Positions 47,778-55,868 of a stretch of 64,000 bases of DNA are shown piece after piece. Below the pieces are notes generated by a model. It made no database searches. It was given only the letters and a program-made list of their open reading frames with translations, and was not told the DNA's origin. Origin of the DNA: Candidatus Bathyarchaeia archaeon (GTDB lineage: Archaea; Thermoproteota; Bathyarchaeia; Bathyarchaeales; Bathycorpusculaceae); the NCBI GenBank assembly GCA_049970895.1, contig JBMFMB010000001.1, positions 32,001-96,000 on the forward strand. Direction: 5' to 3'. Made by a program: the position numbers and the translations under genes. Position 1 is the stretch's first letter. Every line of letters starts with the position of its first letter.

Positions 47778-49851
47778 TGTTTCTCTTCTCCTCCTTTAAT
47801 GGGCATTTGGGATTAAAACACAAGTTCCATGGGCGCCTACCCTTAATACGAATTTGAACAGTGGGCCACCCGCATCCGCGACAGTTCTTTCCTAATGGTC
47901 GTGCTGTTCCCATTTGCGGAAGCGGAAAGGCGGCATTACACTTCTTTTTGAAGAAGTTTGTGCATCCGATGAAGCGTTTTCCAGTTTTCCTCGAATAAAG
48001 TATCATTAGCATGCCAGTTCCACAGATAGGACATGGCCCAACAATCCTTTCTTCAAGCCTCGCCCTTTTTATCGCGATGCTTAATTGCTCACCTATGGTT
48101 TTCTCTTTGGCCTTAAGCCCATCAACAACAGGCTTTAAAATTTCAATAGCGTCTAATAGGACGTTTTCGCGTTTCTCTTGGCTAGCTTGAATCTTATCCA
48201 TCCTCTCTTCAAGCTTTCTCGTTAGCCCAATCGAAACGATTGGTGGACAGTGCTTCTTGAGGACTTCGAGGACTTCGAAGCCTAAATCCGTCACAATCAT
48301 CCTTTCGTCTCGGACATATTTTCTGTCATACAATGTTTGGATTATATCTGCGCGGGTTGCCTTAGTCCCAATGCCAGCCTCCTCCATCCTTTTGAGCAAA
48401 CTGCCCGGATTGTAGCGTGGAGGCGGCTTCGTGAACTTGTCTTCCAGAATAATCCTTCTAACCTTAAGCTTTTGTCCCTCCTCCAATGGCGGCAGAAGAA
48501 CCTCTTCAGACCTTACATATGGCTCATAGAAGCGTAGCCAACCCTCCTTTAATGTTTGCCTACCCTTCAAGAAGAACCTTTGCCCATCAACGTTTATGCA
48601 AACTTTTAGGCTTTGCCTTACGGCTGGCTCTCCAAAAACAGCCATAAACCTTCTAACAACAAGATCCCATATTCGCCTTTCAGGCTCTTCTAAAACTCTT
48701 TCTGGGAGATTCCCGGTTGGATATATTGCCGGGTGGGCCGGGTCCTCCTTTTTCCCCTCGTTGGGTTTAAGCTCTTTTTTGGATAGGAGTTCCGCCGCAA
48801 GCCTTCTGTATTCGGAGACCCCGCTTAAGCTTTTGAGTATCGCCTCATAATTTATTGCTGGTGGAAGTTTTTGGCTGCTTGTCCTTGGATACGATATTAA
48901 GGCGTCCAAGTATAGGCGTTGGGCAATGTCTAGAGTTCTCCTAGGCGTGTAACCGAAAAGGCTGTAGGCTTCACTTTGCAATGCGCCAATGTCGAAGGGT
49001 GTTGGCGGCATCTGCTGGAACTGTTTAACCTCAATGTTTTCGACAACGCCATCTTTCCCCTTACAAGCGTCAACTAAAGCATTAGCCTCCTTCTTGGTTT
49101 CAATTACGACTTTCTCGTATTCAGCCTCGAAAACTTGTCCGTTAATTTCAATTTCAGCTCTAATTTGCCAGTAAGGGGTTGGCACAAAACTTCTGATGGC
49201 TTTTTCTCTAGCAACCAGAAAGCGTAGTGTTGGACCTTGGACTCTGCCTGTGCTTAAGGTTGCGTATTTTCCACTCCAGTCCTTTGCGGCTATTGTTAAT
49301 GCTCTTGAAAGGTTTACGCCGTAAAGCCAGTCGATTTCGTGTCTTGTCCTTCCAGCCTCTATTAGGGCGAAGTCCAGTTTTGGCAGCAGTTCCTCGTAGG
49401 ATTTTTCCAGCTCCTCCTTTGTTAGCGTAGAATACTTCATCCTTTTTGCAACAGCTTCCTTGTTGCCACACGCATACTTCAGTATGCAGTATCCAATTAT
49501 GCTTCCCTCAATGTCGTAGTCGCACGCGTCAATGTATGTGTCAGCGTCCTTGGCAAGCTTTGAAATTGTTTCAAGCCAGACGCGGATTTGTTTTGCACCC
49601 CTCTCCGCCATGTAACGGGGAACCCATCTGAAACTGAAAACAGGATAATAGTTTCTCCCACCTTTTTCTTCTGCAACGGTGTATAAGTGTCCAATAGCTG
49701 GAACAACAATTATCTGCTTGTCTCTTTCGGCTATGTAGTAGGGAACTCCATTCTCCTCCATTTTCTTGGGTTTGCCCTTCAAGTCAAGGGCTGAAGCTAT
49801 CCTTTGTGCGGCGTCCGGCTTCTCCGTGATGATGAATGTGTACTTCCCCAT
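47755..49851 (-). CDS. topA: Type IA DNA topoisomerase (archaeal TopA/Top3) with C-terminal Zn ribbons
   Basis: ITEKP, D.D.EG Toprim, STGRVQGP, ISYPRT catalytic Tyr, AHPAIYPT, GT.ATR. Confidence 0.96.
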   Translation of the reverse strand: MGKYTFIITEKPDAAQRIASALDLKGKPKKMEENGVPYYIAERDKQIIVVPAIGHLYTVAEEKGGRNYYPVFSFRWVPRYMAERGAKQIRVWLETISKLAKDADTYIDACDYDIEGSIIGYCILKYACGNKEAVAKRMKYSTLTKEELEKSYEELLPKLDFALIEAGRTRHEIDWLYGVNLSRALTIAAKDWSGKYATLSTGRVQGPTLRFLVAREKAIRSFVPTPYWQIRAEIEINGQVFEAEYEKVVIETKKEANALVDACKGKDGVVENIEVKQFQQMPPTPFDIGALQSEAYSLFGYTPRRTLDIAQRLYLDALISYPRTSSQKLPPAINYEAILKSLSGVSEYRRLAAELLSKKELKPNEGKKEDPAHPAIYPTGNLPERVLEEPERRIWDLVVRRFMAVFGEPAVRQSLKVCINVDGQRFFLKGRQTLKEGWLRFYEPYVRSEEVLLPPLEEGQKLKVRRIILEDKFTKPPPRYNPGSLLKRMEEAGIGTKATRADIIQTLYDRKYVRDERMIVTDLGFEVLEVLKKHCPPIVSIGLTRKLEERMDKIQASQEKRENVLLDAIEILKPVVDGLKAKEKTIGEQLSIAIKRARLEERIVGPCPICGTGMLMILYSRKTGKRFIGCTNFFKKKCNAAFPLPQMGTARPLGKNCRGCGWPTVQIRIKGRRPWNLCFNPKCPLKEEKRNIEMRSVQ

Positions 49852-49997
49852 ACCAGCACAGACCATTACTTGGAATGTTGATGATTCTCAAGATAAACCT
49901 TCGCCAAAATTAAAAGTTTCTATCTCGCACCTGTTAGGATTCAGCAACCGATAAATATGGCGTAGGCATTACACCCATTTATCGAGGAGATGAGGAC

Positions 49998-50162
49998 TTG
50001 CCTCAAAAAGTTGTTTGCCACCAATGTGGTTATGTTTTGTATGAGGGAAGCGAACTTAAACCCCCAGACGAGATTTTGCACAAGTATAGTGGTAAATGCC
50101 CGCAGTGCGGCAGAAAACTTGCCCTAATACCATTAAACGTTGAAGTGAAACCCATAAAATAG
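49998..50162 (+). CDS. 54-aa Zn-ribbon protein, missing from the ORF track
   Basis: TTG start after GAGGAG; MPQKVVCHQCGYVLYEGSELKPPDEILHKYSGKCPQCGRKLALIPLNVEVKPIK; two CxxCG knuckles. Confidence 0.8.
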   Translation: MPQKVVCHQCGYVLYEGSELKPPDEILHKYSGKCPQCGRKLALIPLNVEVKPIK

Positions 50163-50194
50163 CCAGCCCTTCTATTTGTGAGGAGGCTTAACAG

Positions 50195-51328
50195 ATGAGG
50201 AAAACCCAACTTTACGAGGTACACAAGAAAACGGCGAAGATGACAGAGTTCGCTGGATTCGAAATGCCCCTATGGTATAAGGGGATAACAGAGGAACACA
50301 TGGCGGTGCGAAACAGTGTTGGCATATTTGACGTTTCCCACATGGGAAGGGTAATCATAACAGGGAGGGACGCCGCTAGTTTCCTAAACTATGTCATAAC
50401 CAATGACGTGACTGCCTTAACGCCCAACAGTGCCCTATACTCTGTCATGTGCAACGAAAACGGCGGCATAATCGACGACTTCGTGGTAAGCTGCCTTGAA
50501 GAGGAAAAGTTTCTGCTGGTTCCAAACGCCACAAACAGAGAAAAAGACTTCAACTGGCTGGTTAAGAAGGCTGAAGGCTTCAACGTTAAAATTGAGGACG
50601 TTTCAGACAAAGTGGCAATGTTCGCCGTACAAGGACCAAACGCTGAAAAAACCCTACAAAAAATCTCCACGGCAGACCTAAGCAAAATTGAAAGGTTTAA
50701 GGGCACACCAGCCAAATTGGCTGGCATAGAAGTTTTCCTATCTAGGACTGGCTATACAGGTGAAGACGGTTTTGAGGTTTATGTGTGGAATGCGCCACCG
50801 GACAAGCCAGACAATGCCATAAACTTGTGGAAAGCCATTCTCGAAGCTGGAAAACCCTACGGAATAGAACCATGCGGCTTGGGAGCAAGAGACACATTAA
50901 GGCTTGAGGCGGGACTATGCCTATACGGAAATGACATAGACGAAAATATAACACCGTTAGAGGCTAAGCTGGGCTTTGTGGTGAAATTTCAGAAGGACAA
51001 CTTCATAGGAAAAAACGCTCTCCTAAGACAAAAAGAGGAGGGAGTCAAACGGAGACGGGTTGGACTGCAGATGATTGAGCATGGAATACCAAGACAAGGC
51101 TACAAAATATACAACGAGAAAGGTGAAATCATCGGGCAGGTGACAAGCGGAACCTTCTCACCACTCCTTAAATGTGGCATAGCAATGGCTTACATACAAA
51201 CACAACAAGCCCAGGAAGGAAACATAGTAAACATCGAAATCCGCGAAAAAATGGTTAAGGCAAAGATTGTGCCATTCCCATTCTACGACACAGAAAAATA
51301 CGGTTACAAAAGGAAGACATCCACATAA
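50195..51328 (+). CDS. gcvT: Glycine cleavage system aminomethyltransferase T
   Basis: FAGFEMP, FDVSHMG, AVQGP, RTGYTGEDGFE, GLGARDTLRLEAG, TSGTFSP. Confidence 0.95.
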   Translation: MRKTQLYEVHKKTAKMTEFAGFEMPLWYKGITEEHMAVRNSVGIFDVSHMGRVIITGRDAASFLNYVITNDVTALTPNSALYSVMCNENGGIIDDFVVSCLEEEKFLLVPNATNREKDFNWLVKKAEGFNVKIEDVSDKVAMFAVQGPNAEKTLQKISTADLSKIERFKGTPAKLAGIEVFLSRTGYTGEDGFEVYVWNAPPDKPDNAINLWKAILEAGKPYGIEPCGLGARDTLRLEAGLCLYGNDIDENITPLEAKLGFVVKFQKDNFIGKNALLRQKEEGVKRRRVGLQMIEHGIPRQGYKIYNEKGEIIGQVTSGTFSPLLKCGIAMAYIQTQQAQEGNIVNIEIREKMVKAKIVPFPFYDTEKYGYKRKTST

Positions 51329-51395
51329 AACTATTTAACCAACCGTAAGGAAAATAAACACCTTAAAAACCTTTAATCAAAAGCTGGAACCACGA

Positions 51396-53690
51396 ATGGA
51401 AACAAAAAGTGCCTCCAAAAAAGAGCGAATAATCAACGGCATAAAAAGTCTGGGAAAAATCCGCCCAAAAATAAACCACACAACAATAATGACCATTACA
51501 GCCTTAACGATCATCCTCTTTATAGCCTTCACCATAAGACTGTTTCCAATGCGATGGGAAATAGACCCAACCACTGGAAAAACAAATCTCCTCCTGTCAG
51601 AGTTCGACCCGTACTTCCAATACCGCTTCACAGAAAAAATCGTCAAAGACGGAGTCATATCATGGGCCATAGAAAACAACGGAAAAGGATGGATCGACTA
51701 TCAAAGATGGTATCCGAGTGGAATAAACGTTGCTAAAGCCGCTTTTCCAGGACTTCCAATGACAGCAGCCTTTTTATATGAAATAGTTTCAATGCTTGGA
51801 GTAGGCATAAACCTAATGAGTTTCTGCTCCCTATTCCCAGCCATCATGGGAGCACTTGCATGTCTTGCCCTCTATTTCCTCGGAAAAGATATCGGTGGCA
51901 AACCTGTGGGCTTTTTGTCCGCGCTTTTCTTGGCTCTTGAACCATCCTATATCCAACGGACATCAGTAGGATTCTTTGATGACGAAACTATTGGTATACT
52001 CTCCCTCTTACTTTTCGCCTTCCTTTTTCTAAGGGCTATTGACGAGGATAGGCGGGTAAACTCAACTGTAAAATATGCCCTTGCCTCTGGTGCGGTGTTA
52101 GGCTACTTCTGTGCAGGGTGGGGTGCAGCATACTATCCAATAGGCGTTATAACCCTATTTACGCTGGTTTTGCTTATTATGAAAAGGTACACACGGAAGC
52201 TTCTTCTGGCATATGGCATAACTTTCGGCTTCGGTTTGCTCATCGCCATAAACGTCCCAAAGCTTTCACCAAACTACCTTCTAACAGGTGCGATTCTGCC
52301 GGTTGCCGCCGTTTTCGGGTTACTTTTTCTAGCTGAAATCGTCACTAACTTAAAAACGGCTAAGTGGAAGGTCATATCCGTAATACTTTTTCTAGCCCTT
52401 ATTGTTGGCGGTATAATAGCACTTTCGTATGCTGGCTACATGAGGGGTATAGCTGGGAAATTCATTTCTGTGATAAATCCCTTCACAAGGGAGGCTTCCC
52501 CCCTTATTGAGTCTGTGGCTGAGCATAGAATATCTGCGTGGGGCTCCATATACTACGAGTTCGGCATTACGATAATCTTCTTCATCATAGGGTTATTCTT
52601 CATCATAGGAAACTTAAACAACAGAAACATATTCCTACTGGTTTTTGGTTTAACATCCTTATACTTTGCATGTTCAATGGTGCGGCTATTCGTGCTTATG
52701 GCTCCAGCCTTCAGCATCCTAGCTGCCATTGGCATTAGCGGGCTTCTGAAACCCTTTGTGGCGTTGTTGAAAGAGCCGCCAAAAATAAGTGTTAAGAAAA
52801 AGTATGGTTTGGAGCATGTTGGAAAAGAGTTCAGCGGCATAGCAATGTTCTTAATATTCTTGATGTTAATGGTGAATTTGGCTTTTCCAATGCCGAGAGT
52901 TTATACACAAGCCTATACGCCAACCACAATTTCTGGTGGAAGCCTTTCAATATCACCCCAATACCTAAGCGTCCCTGTATCAGAATGGATTGACATGTTG
53001 AATTGGATGAGAACACGTCTGAGTCCAACAACTGTTGTTTGTAGCTGGTGGGACTATGGATACTGGATAACCGTGTTAGGGAACGTCACTTCCCTTGCGG
53101 ACAACGCGACAGTGAACTCAACCCAAATAGAAAATATTGGCTTCATCTTTATGTCCAACGAAACACAGGCGGTGAGAATGTTGAAACTTTACAATGCATC
53201 CTACATCCTTGTTTACACAACCATCCGCTCTGACACAGGTGAGTGGGTGAATGCCGGGGGTGATGAAGGAAAATGGGTTTGGATGGCAGCCATATCCGGG
53301 AAAGCGCGTCAACGCTTTATAGACAATGGTTTTATTCCGGCAAGTGATATGTGGAACGAAAATCTTGACGACATTAGGCGATTGTTTGGAAACTATACTA
53401 TTGGAACAAACTGGATAGATAGTAATAAAAATGGTCAAGTAGATAGTGGTGAACTTGAACCAAACGCTAAAGGGCAGAATGCAACAATTTATAAGTTGAT
53501 GCGGTATGCGGTTGAAAGTTGGAAGCAAAAGCACGGCAAAAGCAGCTCAACAATTAAACTGCTCTACTTTACACCAGAATATATCGCAGGGTTGGATGAT
53601 GATGGAAGCAAGTATGGTGGTGTTGTTCCGCTCGTCTGCCTCTACAAAATTAACTGGGAAAAGTATTACAGTGAACACCCAAGCGGGTAA
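51396..53690 (+). CDS. aglB: Oligosaccharyltransferase AglB/STT3
   Basis: EFDPYF, GFFDDE, SVAEH, WWDYGY, DNAT.N, DEGKWVWM; many TM helices. Confidence 0.95.
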   Translation: METKSASKKERIINGIKSLGKIRPKINHTTIMTITALTIILFIAFTIRLFPMRWEIDPTTGKTNLLLSEFDPYFQYRFTEKIVKDGVISWAIENNGKGWIDYQRWYPSGINVAKAAFPGLPMTAAFLYEIVSMLGVGINLMSFCSLFPAIMGALACLALYFLGKDIGGKPVGFLSALFLALEPSYIQRTSVGFFDDETIGILSLLLFAFLFLRAIDEDRRVNSTVKYALASGAVLGYFCAGWGAAYYPIGVITLFTLVLLIMKRYTRKLLLAYGITFGFGLLIAINVPKLSPNYLLTGAILPVAAVFGLLFLAEIVTNLKTAKWKVISVILFLALIVGGIIALSYAGYMRGIAGKFISVINPFTREASPLIESVAEHRISAWGSIYYEFGITIIFFIIGLFFIIGNLNNRNIFLLVFGLTSLYFACSMVRLFVLMAPAFSILAAIGISGLLKPFVALLKEPPKISVKKKYGLEHVGKEFSGIAMFLIFLMLMVNLAFPMPRVYTQAYTPTTISGGSLSISPQYLSVPVSEWIDMLNWMRTRLSPTTVVCSWWDYGYWITVLGNVTSLADNATVNSTQIENIGFIFMSNETQAVRMLKLYNASYILVYTTIRSDTGEWVNAGGDEGKWVWMAAISGKARQRFIDNGFIPASDMWNENLDDIRRLFGNYTIGTNWIDSNKNGQVDSGELEPNAKGQNATIYKLMRYAVESWKQKHGKSSSTIKLLYFTPEYIAGLDDDGSKYGGVVPLVCLYKINWEKYYSEHPSG

Positions 53691-53701
53691 GGGAGAAACT
53701 T

Positions 53702-54580
53702 TTGTTTCCAAAAGTTCCAGATCAGCATAAGCCCGGCAAGCCTCTGGTCCCAACTGGTTTAGGCGTAATATATGTTGTGGTGAGTGCTGCTTACCTTTTC
53801 TTTCTACACGCCTTTGGATTTGATGTTGAATCCGCTAGCATCAGCAATGTTTCTCCAGCTTTAACTTTGGCTGTCTGCATATTGTTCGGAGGGTTTATGG
53901 GCCTGCTCGACGACTGGATGAATCTGCGTTGGCGTTATAAGGCTTTATTCCCATTAGTGGCAGCAGTTCCTCTAACGGCTCTGGCTTATAGGATGGGAGC
54001 CCGTACAGCCATAACTCTTCCATTTTTGGGAACAATCAATTTTGAAAGGTACTATTTCTTTGTTTTAATTCCGCTGATGGTGACTGTGGTCACCAACACT
54101 GTTAATCAGTTGGGCGGGTTAAACGGTTTAGAAACTGTTTGTCCAGCTATAATTATGGTGGGGCTTATGGTTGCTTCGGGAAAAAGCGCGCTTTTATTAA
54201 CACTGCCTTTGGCTGTTTGGCTTGTGCTTGCCTTCTTTAATTTTCAAGGAAAAATTTTTGTTGGTAACACTGGCTCCTTTGCCATTGGAATCACCTTGGC
54301 AGCATTTGCCATAATCTCTGATGTGAAATGGTGTCTGCTTATTTCGCTTACACCTTACATAATCAATTCCTCCATGATCTTGCTGAACTACTTCTTTTTC
54401 CGAACAAAGGCGAATGTCTCTTTCGATGGGAAGAGGCTTTTTTCAGACCATAGGAGGAGCCTAATAACGCTTATTACTTATAGGCGGCCCATGACTGAGC
54501 GGCAAGTAGTCGCTATAATAGCTCTTTTGGTGGCCGCTTCGACGGTCGTTGCTGTTGCGGTTCAAATGTTTCTTTTGTAG
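53702..54580 (+). CDS. UDP-HexNAc:polyprenyl-phosphate HexNAc-1-P transferase (AglH/DPAGT1/MraY family)
   Basis: D.HK....VP...G, GLLDD, N.VN.LGGLNGLE, FVGNTG; directly after aglB. Confidence 0.85.
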   Translation: MFPKVPDQHKPGKPLVPTGLGVIYVVVSAAYLFFLHAFGFDVESASISNVSPALTLAVCILFGGFMGLLDDWMNLRWRYKALFPLVAAVPLTALAYRMGARTAITLPFLGTINFERYYFFVLIPLMVTVVTNTVNQLGGLNGLETVCPAIIMVGLMVASGKSALLLTLPLAVWLVLAFFNFQGKIFVGNTGSFAIGITLAAFAIISDVKWCLLISLTPYIINSSMILLNYFFFRTKANVSFDGKRLFSDHRRSLITLITYRRPMTERQVVAIIALLVAASTVVAVAVQMFLL

Positions 54581-54734
54581 CTGTGCGTATTGGGATGCTA
54601 CACACAAAAGGCAAAAATTGGTTTGAAGTGAGGCTTAATCACGGAGGCTGTTAGGAGCATCGGGTTTAGTATAGGCTTGATGTGAGGAATCAGCTATTTG
54701 CCCCACACTTCATGTTCCAAATGTTTCGGTTAAA

Positions 54735-55214
54735 GTGGACGTTACAAATATCGTAGGGGTTAAGCTAGACGTTAAGGATGGGGCTGGAACTGTCAATTTT
54801 GATGTCAAGGCTAGGCTTGAAGAGAAGGAAAGGAGAAGCCAAATGGTTGTTGTTGGCTTTAACCTCCAATTAGCAACAAAGCCCGGCATTGTTAAGTTTG
54901 AGGTTGAGGGCACCGCAACACTCACTGGGAAGGATGCGGAGATAAACAAGATGCTGGAGGTTGATCCAGAAACAAAGGTGCCCCACGTTTTCCAGAAAGT
55001 TTATCAACACACTTTTACAGCCATGTACCTACTCTCAACAATTTTGAACACCCCTCCGCCACCGATAGACCTCCTCCTCTTCAGAAGGGAAGAGGTGCCA
55101 ACTGAAGGCGTCGCTATAGAGCCAGAAACAGCAGCCGAAACGGTTAAGGAGGAAACCGCTGGGAAGTGGAGAAAGAGGGCTAGGCGAAGGAATATTTTTA
55201 TTCTTGCCTTGTAG
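54735..55214 (+). CDS. Hypothetical protein, SecB-like fold
   Basis: Four beta strands then a helix ending LNTPPPP, and an acidic tail; both ends uncertain. Confidence 0.55.
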   Translation: MDVTNIVGVKLDVKDGAGTVNFDVKARLEEKERRSQMVVVGFNLQLATKPGIVKFEVEGTATLTGKDAEINKMLEVDPETKVPHVFQKVYQHTFTAMYLLSTILNTPPPPIDLLLFRREEVPTEGVAIEPETAAETVKEETAGKWRKRARRRNIFILAL

Positions 55215-55221
55215 TTATGCT

Positions 55222-55292
55222 GTTTGGTTGGCGGGTGAGTGGGGCCTCCCACCCGTTCCGCCAAATAAACCCCGGTGTCGGGAGGTGAAAAA
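55222..55292 (+). promoter_or_regulatory. Structured 5' leader with anti-SD; candidate cis-regulatory RNA
   Basis: Stem GTTT..TTGGCGG/CCGCCAA..AAAC with inner GTGGG/CCCAC; CCTCCC (55245-55250) complementary to GGGAGG (55280-55285); TATA-like TTTTTATT at about 55195. Confidence 0.5.
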
Positions 55293-55859
55293 TTGAAATT
55301 TGATAGTAAAGATTTAGCCTTAACAGCGGTTTTTGCAAGTTTGTATGCGGTGGTTAACATTGTCCAGACAATGATGGGAGGTCCGATAACTTATGGACCT
55401 GTACAACTGCGTCTTGCTGATTGCTTAATCGCTTTGTCGGCGTTGTTTGGTTTACCGGTGAGTTTTGGTGTTGCAATAGGGTGTTTTAGCAACATCTATT
55501 ACATGCTCGACCCTGCAGACATTGTTATAGGACCAGTTGTGAATTTAGCAGCGGCTTTGTTGGTCTTTATGTTAAGGAAACGTAAACTTTTCGCGTGCGT
55601 TTCTGGCTCGCTGGTTGTTGGCATTCCAATAGGCTTGTATCTATACTACCTTTATGTGCAAGGTAATCCGGTTATTCAGCAACAAATGCCTGATTTTGGT
55701 GTGCCCTTGCCTTTATGGGTTGCATTTATTTTGAGCTTAACAATCAGCAGTTTAGTGGCCATTGCGGTTATTGGATATGCCTTGCTGAAAGCGCTATCGA
55801 AACGAGGCGTTGTTGACTCTTTAAGGGCGCGTGGGCTAAAAATCCTTGAGGAGAAGTAA
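55293..55859 (+). CDS. QueT-family transporter (ECF S-component-like)
   Basis: A.FASLYAV, ITYGPVQLRLADCL, GVAIGC..N, D...G; TTG 55293 follows GGAGGTGA. Confidence 0.82.
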   Translation: MKFDSKDLALTAVFASLYAVVNIVQTMMGGPITYGPVQLRLADCLIALSALFGLPVSFGVAIGCFSNIYYMLDPADIVIGPVVNLAAALLVFMLRKRKLFACVSGSLVVGIPIGLYLYYLYVQGNPVIQQQMPDFGVPLPLWVAFILSLTISSLVAIAVIGYALLKALSKRGVVDSLRARGLKILEEK

Positions 55860-55868
55860 GGCTGCTGA

